A stretch of DNA of 64,000 bases from Candidatus Aceula meridiana (GTDB taxonomy: Bacteria > Omnitrophota > Gorgyraeia > Zapsychrales > Aceulaceae). Below the pieces are notes generated by a model, which did no database searches, was not told the origin of the DNA, and was given only the letters and a program-made list of their open reading frames with translations. The stretch is taken from NCBI GenBank assembly GCA_030765185.1, contig JAVCDE010000026.1:108007-172006 (forward strand), given 5' to 3'. Of the stretch, positions 49,103 through 57,895 are shown piece after piece. How positions within the stretch are numbered: the first letter of the stretch is position 1; every line of letters begins with the position of its first letter. A program made the translations under genes and the position numbers.

Positions 49103-50572
49103 ATGAGAAATAAGCTTATTTTGCTAACAGCTATTTTACTCCTTGGCCTTTGTCTTCGGCTTCATGATTTAGGCCAAGAAAGCTTATGGAATGACGAAGG
49201 ATATTCGGTTAGGGTAAGTCACCTTAGCTTGTCTAAAATTGTCCAGAAAACTTCCCTTGATGTTCACCCGCCTTTATATTACTTTATTCTGCATTACTGG
49301 ATGGAATGGCTTGGAGACTCAGAATGCTCGATGCGCTTGCTTTCCGTTATTTTTGGATTTTTATCTATATTTATGATTTATCAGATAGGGAGTTTCCTTT
49401 TTGATAGAGACGTAGGGCTTTTAGGGGCTTTGTTCGTTGCGCTTTCTAAATTTCATATCAACTATTCGCAAGAGACAAGAAGTTACAGCCTGTTAAGTTT
49501 TTTAACCTTAGCGTCAATGTATAGCTTTATAAAGCTTTTTAAGAAAGAAAGCAGGGGCATCACTTCTCTTGCTTATATTTTTTTCAGCACTTTTTTAATA
49601 TACACGCATGTGTATGGACTATTTATCATTATTGCGCAGAATATTTATTTTATGATTCTGTATTCATTTCTTAAAGAAAGAGATAGTTTAAATTTTAAGA
49701 AATGGTTTTTTCTGCAGCTAACACTTTTTTTCTTTTTTATTCCATGGGTTAAGGTTTTTATCGGACAAGCGCTTAAGATACAGGAGCATTATTGGATACC
49801 TGAACCTACCATTGCGAAGGTTTTTGAGTTTCTAGCTGTTATCCCCGGTTCGAATCTCTTGCTTCTTTTATTCTCGGTATTGATATTTTTTGCCATAGTA
49901 AAATTTAAGAATCAGGGGAGCTGCTTTAACTTTGGGAATTTCTTACGGTCTGCCAGAATTCCCGGCTGGAAGGTGGACCCGGAAACTTTTAAAAAGAATT
50001 TTTTTCTTCTTATATGGCTTCTAATGCCGATAATTCTGCCGTTTATTATTTCGAAGGTTTCAACTCCTATTTTTTATCATCGGTATTTTATTGTGTGTTC
50101 ATCAGTTTTTTTCTTATTAGCAGCCAAAGGAGCAATCAATATAAAGCAATATAGCAAATATGTTAGTTTTGTATTTATTATTGTTGTTGCATTTCTTTCT
50201 TTGTTAGAAGTTAACAGATATTACGATGGGGTTACAAAAAGTCAATGGAGAGAAGCAGCGCATTATATTGGATCAAAAGCAAAAACTCAGGATTTATTAT
50301 TATTTAACTCAAGGTGGCAATTTGCTTTTTTTTATTATTCGCAAAGAGGCGATGTTGGTGGGAAATTTTTCCCTGGGAAGACTCATAATGTTAATGCAAA
50401 TAACACAAAGAATTTTGAGTCCATGATCAAGATTTATGATAGAATTTGGTTTTTGCATAGGGAACATCATCATCCTAAAGAGTTGATTTTTAGAGAACTC
50501 GACAAGGATCACCGCTTAATTAATTATAAGGAATATAATGGCGTAAAGATATTTCTATTTCAAAAGAATTAA
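49103..50572 (+). CDS. GT-C glycosyltransferase (GT39/ArnT-like), paralog B
   Basis: SLWNDE, DVHPPLYY, YSQETRSY; closely similar to 43481-44977. Confidence 0.88.
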   Translation: MRNKLILLTAILLLGLCLRLHDLGQESLWNDEGYSVRVSHLSLSKIVQKTSLDVHPPLYYFILHYWMEWLGDSECSMRLLSVIFGFLSIFMIYQIGSFLFDRDVGLLGALFVALSKFHINYSQETRSYSLLSFLTLASMYSFIKLFKKESRGITSLAYIFFSTFLIYTHVYGLFIIIAQNIYFMILYSFLKERDSLNFKKWFFLQLTLFFFFIPWVKVFIGQALKIQEHYWIPEPTIAKVFEFLAVIPGSNLLLLLFSVLIFFAIVKFKNQGSCFNFGNFLRSARIPGWKVDPETFKKNFFLLIWLLMPIILPFIISKVSTPIFYHRYFIVCSSVFFLLAAKGAINIKQYSKYVSFVFIIVVAFLSLLEVNRYYDGVTKSQWREAAHYIGSKAKTQDLLLFNSRWQFAFFYYSQRGDVGGKFFPGKTHNVNANNTKNFESMIKIYDRIWFLHREHHHPKELIFRELDKDHRLINYKEYNGVKIFLFQKN

Positions 50573-50715
50573 TTTTTTAAGCTACCGGATTAGCTTTCGA
50601 AAGATAATTTTAAAATAGTATTGATACCTTCAAATTAAATTTTCAGAAATTAAAATTAACCGTAGGAGTTGTTTGGGCTTTTTAATGTTTTTTGATTTTG
50701 GTTTTGCATTTTTAG

Positions 50716-50928
50716 CCCTTTTCAGGGGGAAATTTATTAGATGATTTTTTGAATGAAAATCAGTCTGTTTGTTCGGTTGTTCAGTCCTGTGTTTGTCAGG
50801 CTACGGTTACTAATGGTGATTGGAAGTTTATTTTTGATATTGGAGATTGGGAATATTTTTTTTATAATTTAAAAAATGATTCCGGGGGAGAGGATAAGTT
50901 AAAGAAATTCTCAGCCTCGAATATTTAA
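50716..50928 (+). pseudogene. Sulfatase/alkaline-phosphatase superfamily C-terminal remnant
   Basis: Open frame SGGNLL...TVTNGDWKFIFD...FYNLKNDSGGE resembles the G.SL / WKLI / LYNL..DP.E sulfatase tail; no N-terminal part. Confidence 0.6.
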
Positions 50929-51113
50929 GGACTTGTCATTTTAGTTAAAATTTTGGAGATTAGAACAGGTTGACTATTACAGAAATTCGCAGAGATACCT
51001 AAATTTTTATCTCCTATTCTTTTGAAATTAACATACCTGAATATAAATATTGCAAAAAGACTTTGAAAGAGTACGATAGGGGTTTAAAATATTCATATTA
51101 AGGAGTTTGTGTT

Positions 51114-52499
51114 TTGCGTAAGAAATTTTTCTGGCTTATTATTCTTTCTCTCGCCGCCGGTGCGTTAGGCATCCCGATTGGCCTTTCGATGCAGCAGTCT
51201 TTCATTGTGGCTGTTTTTGCTATGAGTATTATTGGGACACTTTTCTTTTGGGATTTTCGTCTTAGCTTTGTGTTTATCGGAAGCGGTGTGCTGCTTTTGA
51301 TGAATGCGGTTAGTCTCGAAGATTTTATTAGCTTTGCCTCTCTTGACGTTATCTTGTTTTTGATTTCCATGATGATTATAGTCGGCATGATGAAAGAAGC
51401 TGGATTCTTTATGTGGCTTGTGACGCTGGTTTTGCGCATCAAGAATTTAAATGGCGCTAAGCTTTATATTATCACCATGCTTACTTCGGCCCTTTTATCA
51501 GGTTTGATGGGGGAGGTGGCTTCCATAATTGTTATGGCAACTGTCATTTTGGATATTTGCGACTTTTTAGAGGTTGATCCTGTTCCTTTAGTTATTTCCT
51601 CTATTATTGCGACTAATATTGGTTCGGCGGCAACAGTTTTAGGAAATCCTGTTGGTGTTTTGATTGCGGCTCGGGGTGGGTTGTCTTTTGAAGATTTTCT
51701 CGCGCATGCTATGCCGATTTCAGGGGTGGTTCTTGTTGTTGCGATTAGTTTGATTTTGCTTCTTTATAAGAAGAACATTAATGATGTTTGCGGTAAGCTT
51801 AAAGATTATCAAGAAGATAAAAGCTTTTTGTATCTAATTTCTATTCCTCCGAACAGAAGAACAAAAATTAGCATTGGGATTTTTTTAACAACAATTATAT
51901 TCATTGCCCTTCATAAGCGCTTGGAGATACTTTTCGGGCTTGTGGATAATACACTTCTTATTGTCACTCCTGTTATTTCTGCGGGTATTGTTATGGTTTA
52001 TCGTCACGATAAGGCTCGCCACTATATCGAGCATGAAGTTGAGTGGCCGTCGATTTTGTTTTTTTTGTTTTTATTCGCTGAAGCTGGCGTTATTCAATCT
52101 ACGGGCATTGCTTCTTTGGTTGCTCAAAGAATGGTTGATACTATTGGCCCGTATCCACAAGTGTTGTCGGGCTTAATTTTAATGACAAGTGGTTTTCTTT
52201 CTTCGGGTGTAGATAATGTTGTGGCTGTTGCTTCTTATGTTCCGATTGTCCAGAGCCTAAGTGTTCTTCATGTTAATACAAAGGCGATTTGGTGGGCGCT
52301 TTTATTTGGCGCTTGCTATGGTGGGAACATTACTCTTATTGGATCGACCGCAAATATTGTGGCTTTGGGGCTTTTAGAGAAAGAAAGAAGCCTCAAAGTT
52401 AGTTTTTGGCAATGGTTTAAAATTGGTTTTGTCGTTGGAGTGATAACCATGTTTGTTGCCATGCTTGCTGTTGTGTTCATGCCTTATTTTTCTATTTAA
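51114..52499 (+). CDS. ArsB/NhaD (SLC13/IT superfamily) ion transporter
   Basis: ATNIGSAATVLGNPV, VEWPSILFF, SSGVDNV, GGNITLIGSTANIVA. Confidence 0.88.
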   Translation: MRKKFFWLIILSLAAGALGIPIGLSMQQSFIVAVFAMSIIGTLFFWDFRLSFVFIGSGVLLLMNAVSLEDFISFASLDVILFLISMMIIVGMMKEAGFFMWLVTLVLRIKNLNGAKLYIITMLTSALLSGLMGEVASIIVMATVILDICDFLEVDPVPLVISSIIATNIGSAATVLGNPVGVLIAARGGLSFEDFLAHAMPISGVVLVVAISLILLLYKKNINDVCGKLKDYQEDKSFLYLISIPPNRRTKISIGIFLTTIIFIALHKRLEILFGLVDNTLLIVTPVISAGIVMVYRHDKARHYIEHEVEWPSILFFLFLFAEAGVIQSTGIASLVAQRMVDTIGPYPQVLSGLILMTSGFLSSGVDNVVAVASYVPIVQSLSVLHVNTKAIWWALLFGACYGGNITLIGSTANIVALGLLEKERSLKVSFWQWFKIGFVVGVITMFVAMLAVVFMPYFSI

Positions 52500-52519
52500 T
52501 GGTTCGACTAGGCTCACCA
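52500..52519. repeat. Short REP-like palindromic element
   Basis: TGGTTCGACTAGGCTCACCA, resembling widespread TTCGAC..GCTCA intergenic repeats. Confidence 0.4.
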
Positions 52520-52547
52520 CTATCTTAATTTACAAAGATTTGTTTTT

Positions 52548-53050
52548 ATGGAAAAGTTTTTAGCCCTTCAGGCTGATATTACCCAATTAGATGTTGATGC
52601 GATTGTTAATGCGGCTAACTGTTCGCTTCTAGGAGGCGGAGGGGTCGACGGAGCGATTCATAAGGCCGCAGGTCCGAAGCTTTTAGACGAATGCAAAACA
52701 TTAGACGGCTGTAACACCGGTGATGCCAAAATAACTAAAGGGTATAGGCTGCCGGCTAAATATGTGATTCATGCGGTTGGGCCGGTTTGGGCTGGAGGGA
52801 AAAGGCAAGAGAAAGAACTTTTAGCCGCATGCTATACAGCAGGGCTCTAGAAATTGCAGCCGAAAAGGGTTTAAAATCTATTGCTTTTCCGTGCATTAGT
52901 GCAGGTGTTTATCAATTTCCGAAACAGCAGGCCGCTGAAATTGCTGTTTCAACCGTAAAAAAAAGCCTTGAACGATTCATAAAAATTGAGAAGGTTGTTT
53001 TTACATGCTTTTCCCAAAATGACCTTGAAATTTATCAATTTTTTCTATAG
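52548..53050 (+). pseudogene. ymdB: Macro-domain O-acetyl-ADP-ribose deacetylase, frameshifted
   Basis: [30 protein letters not shown] in one frame; [15 protein letters not shown] in another; shift at TGCTATACAGC near 52833. Confidence 0.85.
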
Positions 53051-53150
53051 GGGGCAGGGCCTATCTTTTAAATAATTCTTATTGCTTTTTTAAGCTTCTT
53101 AAATTATTATAAGTCATCTTCAAGATTAGTCTTTTTAAAGGAGGAATAGA

Positions 53151-53426
53151 ATGAAAATTACACAGGTTAGAGAGCTTTTAAAAGATAAACGCGTTATCGA
53201 AGAAATCCATAAGCATCTTTGGATTGAGAGCCAAAAAGCTGGTGACAGCATTGGCCTTGAGCGCGCAACAGATGAGTGGCTTAAGCTTTATTCTGAGGGT
53301 TGGTTGAAATATCATATGCCGGATAAATATGCGAAAGTTAAAGGCAAGGCAGCTGATAAATCTAAAAAGCCTAAAGATAAAGTTGTATCTAAAAGAAAAC
53401 GTACAGCCAAAGTCGCAAAAAAATAA
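53151..53426 (+). CDS. DUF4032-like small protein with Lys-rich tail
   Basis: EEIHKHLWIESQKAGDSIGLERATDEW; AAGGAGG RBS. Confidence 0.75.
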   Translation: MKITQVRELLKDKRVIEEIHKHLWIESQKAGDSIGLERATDEWLKLYSEGWLKYHMPDKYAKVKGKAADKSKKPKDKVVSKRKRTAKVAKK

Positions 53427-53446
53427 ATTTGGCGGTTTAAAGTAAG

Positions 53447-53488
53447 AAAAAACAGTCCTTATGTTTTTAAACATAAAGACTGTTTTTT
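53447..53488. terminator. Long hairpin downstream of the DUF4032-like gene
   Basis: AAAAAACAGTCCTTATGTTT-TT-AAACATAAAGACTGTTTTTT, one mismatch. Confidence 0.7.
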
Positions 53489-53538
53489 TATTTCAAGCTT
53501 TAAAGGAAGAAGAGTTCGGCAGACATGTGATTGTCATG

Positions 53539-53572
53539 CAAAAACCCCCAAGGGTTTCCTTGGGGGTTTTTG
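53539..53572. terminator. Intrinsic terminator (serves the minus-strand peptide gene)
   Basis: CAAAAACCCCCAAGG-GTTT-CCTTGGGGGTTTTTG perfect 15-bp stem. Confidence 0.85.
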
Positions 53573-53595
53573 TTAAATCTTGTTCTCAGCTTTAA

Positions 53596-53709
53596 TTACT
53601 TTTTTTTCTTTTTTGCAACTTTTTTCTTTGCAACTTTTTTCTTTGCAACTTTTTTTGCAACTTTCTTTTTCTTTACAACCTTCTTTTTTGCTTTTTTCTT
53701 TACTGCCAT
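53596..53709 (-). CDS. 37-aa lysine-rich histone H1/protamine-like peptide
   Basis: MAVKKKAKKKVVKKKKVAKKVAKKKVAKKKVAKKKKK; GGAAAGGAGG RBS before the ATG; terminator downstream. Confidence 0.85.
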   Translation of the reverse strand: MAVKKKAKKKVVKKKKVAKKVAKKKVAKKKVAKKKKK

Positions 53710-53913
53710 GGAAATCCTCCTTTCCGATTTTCTATATTTTTATATTATCATTTTTTTAACGATACAAAAATATTTTTTTACTTTTTTTTTAAAAAAAATA
53801 TTTTTTTAAAAAAGACTTCTATTGAGTTTTTTAAAATGCTCAAGTACAATAGAAATAAGAAGTTAAAATAAGAGTCAAGATTTCCGTCGAGAAGAGAGAG
53901 AAATAGAAGAATA

Positions 53914-55041
53914 ATGGAAAAAATAAAAACAAAAAGTAGTCTTGGCCTTTATGTCCACATTCCGTTTTGTTTGCGTAAATGTTTTTTTTGTTCGTTTGTT
54001 GTTTATATTGGGAAAAACAATCACAAAAAGAAATATTTAACGTGTTTGGAACAAGAATTAAAAGAATATTCTCAAAAAAGAATTAAAACAATTTATTTTG
54101 GCGGAGGAACGCCAACTTTTTTAAACGGTGACGAGCTGACACGACTTATCAAATCGGTTAAAGCAAATTTTTTAATTGAAGAAAATTGTGAATTTACTAT
54201 TGAGGCTAATCCAGACACGATTGATTTTCCTAAAGCGAGACTTTTAAAAGAATTAGGCGTAAACCGTGTTAGCATCGGTGCCCAAACTTTTTCTAATCGC
54301 TATTTAAAATTTTTAGGGCGAACACATCAAGCCAAGGATGTTGAAAAATGCTTTGCGGCTTTACGAAAGGCAGGGTTTGACAACATTACCTTAGATTTAA
54401 TGTATGGGTTTCCAGGCCAGACATTAGGTGAGCTTAAAGACGACATTAAAAAGATTATAAAGTTCAACAGTGAGCATCTATCTCTTTATACTTTAACTGT
54501 TGAGCCACGGAGTAAATTTAATATTCAAAATCTTAAGATGCCAAGCACCCAAAGGCTAGGAGCATTTTACACGCATATTACCCGAGCACTTGAAAAAAAA
54601 GGTTTTGCTCAATATGAAATTAGCAACTTTGCTAAACCTGGTAAACAGTCAGAGCATAATTGTATTTATTGGAAGTGCCAAGATTATATTGGGCTAGGAG
54701 CCGGAGCGCATTCTCATTTTGAGGGTACGCGTTTTTGGAACACTTCAAGCGTGCCTACTTATTTGCGACTGGCAGAGAAAGGGAAGCCAACTGTCGACGG
54801 AAAGGAAAAATTAAATAAAGATCGAAGGCTTTTAGAGGCACTATTATTTGGCCTTCGTATGAATGAGGGAGTTAGTCTTTGTATTCTCGAGAAGCAATTT
54901 AACGCAAAGTTTTCGAAACAGACAAAAGAGAAAATTTCACAGTTTTGTAAGGATGAATTTCTTATTCTTAAGAACTCTCACCTTAAAACCACACTTCAAG
55001 GAAGGCTTGTTTTAGACGAGCTTTCTGTCCGCTTGATATAA
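53914..55041 (+). CDS. hemW: Radical SAM heme chaperone HemW
   Basis: YVHIPFCLRKCFFCSF, YFGGGTPT, EANP, YEISNFA, HNCIYW. Confidence 0.9.
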   Translation: MEKIKTKSSLGLYVHIPFCLRKCFFCSFVVYIGKNNHKKKYLTCLEQELKEYSQKRIKTIYFGGGTPTFLNGDELTRLIKSVKANFLIEENCEFTIEANPDTIDFPKARLLKELGVNRVSIGAQTFSNRYLKFLGRTHQAKDVEKCFAALRKAGFDNITLDLMYGFPGQTLGELKDDIKKIIKFNSEHLSLYTLTVEPRSKFNIQNLKMPSTQRLGAFYTHITRALEKKGFAQYEISNFAKPGKQSEHNCIYWKCQDYIGLGAGAHSHFEGTRFWNTSSVPTYLRLAEKGKPTVDGKEKLNKDRRLLEALLFGLRMNEGVSLCILEKQFNAKFSKQTKEKISQFCKDEFLILKNSHLKTTLQGRLVLDELSVRLI

Positions 55042-55044
55042 ATA

Positions 55045-55566
55045 TTATTTTTTGGGAGGAGTTTTTTCTTTTGCTTTCTTCTCTTCGGGTTCTAGTGTAA
55101 AGACTGCTTCGCAATCATAGCAATAACGTTTTTTGATCCAGACATTTTTGCTTTTACGGTATTTTGCATAATTTTTGCGCATTTGGTCGATAATGAGAAG
55201 GAAAGTAGAATAAAACGGGTAAGCAATGGCAGCGATGATAATCAACGTGATGATAAAATAATTGCGGCCGCCAATTTTACTTAAGAACATGGCTCCGACA
55301 ACAAGCCATGACAAAAAGAAAGCCATTAAAGCAACAGTCAACGATGGAATAGAGAGCTTAGATTCTACCGGAGGTTTAAAAGCCTTTAAAAACTTTTCTT
55401 TTTTTTCGGGGGAGAATTCTCGCTTTTTTTGAAGGGCCGTTTCCGCCTCACCTACAAAAAGCCTATGACCTGCGTTTTCAGACTCTATACAGCGATAGAC
55501 ATAGGAAATTAATTCTGTATGGCTGCTATCACATTTGGGGCAATAGATCTTTTTATCAGGCTTCAT
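55045..55566 (-). CDS. Hypothetical two-TM protein with CxxC motifs at both ends
   Basis: CPKC near the N-terminus, two hydrophobic helices, CYDC near the C-terminus. Confidence 0.7.
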   Translation of the reverse strand: MKPDKKIYCPKCDSSHTELISYVYRCIESENAGHRLFVGEAETALQKKREFSPEKKEKFLKAFKPPVESKLSIPSLTVALMAFFLSWLVVGAMFLSKIGGRNYFIITLIIIAAIAYPFYSTFLLIIDQMRKNYAKYRKSKNVWIKKRYCYDCEAVFTLEPEEKKAKEKTPPKK

Positions 55567-56656
55567 TATAGTTTTTAAAGAAAATATGGTAAGAGTCAGC
55601 GATTTGCTTGCTCTGTTTGAACAAAATAGAAAGTGCTGACCAAATTTGTTTCTTAAATGCAGGCTTTAGGCTTAAGCCGTTTAAGATATTTTGTGATTCT
55701 TTAAGAATTTTTTGTATTTTGATAAGACTGTAGGCAAGGGAGCCGCTTTTTATAAATATTTTTTGTACATTAATGAGATCGGTATGTGTTTTCTTTGATT
55801 TTTTAAGAATTTTGACAAATGCCTGCTTTTTGCTTTTTGTTAATATTTTGTAAGCATGGCAAACAAGAATTGTTTTTTTGTCTTCGTCTAAGTCGCTAAG
55901 AATTGATTTTCCGATTTTCTTTTCTTTAGAGAATATTCCAATGATATCATCTTGAATTTGAAAGGCTTGACCCATGAGGGCACCTAGGCGTGAAAGTTTT
56001 TTGATATCCTTTTGAGGTGCATTGGCTAAAATGGCGCCAATGGTAAGAGGGCATTCAAAGGTGTAGCGTGCAGTTTTTAAGGCATAATTCAAAAAAACAT
56101 CTTTTTCCTTAATTTTGCGGATATCTTCAAAACCGTGGATAATATCGATAAATTCTCCCATAGCGGTAAAGCCGGCTGTCTGAATAAGATAGCGTAAGGC
56201 CTTTTCTTTACGATTGGGGTCTTCATCAATGGCAAGAAAAGCGTCAATGGATAAGGCATAGACGATGTCTCCGGCTACAATGGCAAGGTCCGTTCCGAGT
56301 TTTTCGTGTTGTTTTGTTTTGACAGTTTTAGCTAAGATTTTATGCAAAGTGGGCTTGCCACGGCGTAGATCAGAATTATCAATAATATCATCATGAATAA
56401 GCATAAAATTATGCAAAAGTTCCAGGCAGCCGCAAGAGGTATATAGTTTCGTATTTGATATTTTTTTACGTTTTGTATAGCCTTTGTAACTTAGAGCCAT
56501 CAAAAGCGGACGGATACGCTTTCCTTTGCGGGAGCAAAAATCCTTGATGCTTTTAAAAAGAATCGGATGGACCGAACGAAAGGGGTAAGTTTTTTTTCGT
56601 TTCTCTAAGAAAAGAATAAGGTGGCGATCAATTTGATTTTTGATTTGGTCAGTCAT
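55556..56656 (-). CDS. Polyprenyl diphosphate synthase (GGPP-synthase-like)
   Basis: GKRIRP, LIHDDIIDNSDLRRG, KTARYT, AFQIQDD; start uncertain (the ORF extends to 56728). Confidence 0.9.
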   Translation of the reverse strand: MTDQIKNQIDRHLILFLEKRKKTYPFRSVHPILFKSIKDFCSRKGKRIRPLLMALSYKGYTKRKKISNTKLYTSCGCLELLHNFMLIHDDIIDNSDLRRGKPTLHKILAKTVKTKQHEKLGTDLAIVAGDIVYALSIDAFLAIDEDPNRKEKALRYLIQTAGFTAMGEFIDIIHGFEDIRKIKEKDVFLNYALKTARYTFECPLTIGAILANAPQKDIKKLSRLGALMGQAFQIQDDIIGIFSKEKKIGKSILSDLDEDKKTILVCHAYKILTKSKKQAFVKILKKSKKTHTDLINVQKIFIKSGSLAYSLIKIQKILKESQNILNGLSLKPAFKKQIWSALSILFKQSKQIADSYHIFFKNYNEA

Positions 56657-56807
56657 AAAGTTTAGGTTTCGTATTTTGTTTTTCAGGTTTTGAGAATATA
56701 TGGTATCATACACCTGAAATTGCTTCAACGTTAGATTTTGTTAGTGCGGAATTTAAAGATGAAAAGAAATTCTTTTAAAAGAAGATAAATAAATTGAGGA
56801 GGTTTTC

Positions 56808-57452
56808 ATGAGGACATTCTTTATATTTTTACTTTTATTAAACGTCCTTAATTCTTTGGCGTTTGCGGAAAAAATTCTTTTAAATAATGGACAAGTTGTC
56901 GATGGAAAAATTCTCGAGGAAAATGATAGGCAAATTAAAGTTGATGTCGACGGGATTCCGCTAACGTATTATCTTGATGAGGTTCAGGTTATCCGCGACA
57001 AGTCTGATATGCCAAGCAGCCTGTTGTCAGAAAATCAAGATGCTTCTGTTTTTTCTGACAGAGTTCAGGATAGGTCAGCTGAAGTGACAGGCGAAGACTT
57101 TTTATCAAAAGCACAAAAAAACCTAAGCCTTGCGGCTATGGATAAGCATCAGCTTTTGTTGCGTTATATGGAAGTTACAGGTGTAAGCGGAAGCATGCGC
57201 AAGGCCTTTGCAGAGGTTGTTCAGAACGCGCCGCAGGAAAAGAAGAAGAATCTGAGGAAAGTCCTTAAGGTTGAAGATGTTCTTAATGAATTGGTTCCGG
57301 TCTATGGGCAATATTTTAATGAGAAAGATTTAAAAGAGTTGATTATTTTTTATGAGAGCCCTTTAGGGCAAAAAATTCTTAAAACTTCTCCGCTTATTCT
57401 TAAGGAAACCACAGAAAAAAGCATGGAATATTTTAAGGGTAAAATTGATTAA
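56808..57452 (+). CDS. Exported DUF2059-like protein
   Basis: Signal peptide (AFA-E), LNNGQVVDGKI beta module, VYGQYFNEKDLKELIIFYESPLGQK. Confidence 0.75.
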   Translation: MRTFFIFLLLLNVLNSLAFAEKILLNNGQVVDGKILEENDRQIKVDVDGIPLTYYLDEVQVIRDKSDMPSSLLSENQDASVFSDRVQDRSAEVTGEDFLSKAQKNLSLAAMDKHQLLLRYMEVTGVSGSMRKAFAEVVQNAPQEKKKNLRKVLKVEDVLNELVPVYGQYFNEKDLKELIIFYESPLGQKILKTSPLILKETTEKSMEYFKGKID

Positions 57453-57801
57453 GAAAACTAATAAAACGCAAGAATTTCTTCAGAGCCTAAACCCTTTTTC
57501 TAATAATAAGTTGTGGAGATTCAAAGAATAAGGATAGTGTTTGTGATATCAAGTATTTTCGATTTCCTCCGAGAGACATTAAGCCTGAGTGACATCCCGC
57601 CCAGTTTGCTATATTTTTGGGCGGACTGTTAACGGGATAAAACTTTTCTTTCTAAAACAATACGGAAAACTACTTATTTCTGTTGAAAAAACTTCTTTTT
57701 AAGTCATCGAGATAATCATTAGAAAGTGTTATATCTTATTGTAAAATATATACTTATGAATATTAATCTATAAAAATGAAGATATTTATTATTCTTTTTA
57801 T

Positions 57802-57830
57802 TTGACCTTAGATATCTTTTTTGATATATT
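57802..57830 (+). promoter_or_regulatory. Putative sigma70 promoter of the pur operon
   Basis: TTGACC-17 nt-TATATT with an extended -10 TG. Confidence 0.5.
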
Positions 57831-57895
57831 GGGTGGGTTCAATTTCCCCTTACTCAAGTTGGGGGCGGGTCATCTCAAGAAGGAGAAAAAGCTCT

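Noticed and set aside
53531-53809. Phe-rich 92-aa + strand ORF
   Set aside because: It is the antisense shadow of the Lys-rich peptide gene, which has the RBS and terminator.
57831-57895. Purine/ZTP riboswitch in the purB leader
   Set aside because: A small CCCC/GGGG stem exists, but I could not match purine, ZTP or PRPP riboswitch consensus elements and the leader is short.
57821-57895. N-terminal extension of PurB given in the ORF track
   Set aside because: MIERY at 57896 is the canonical start with its own RBS; the TTG start overlaps the predicted promoter.
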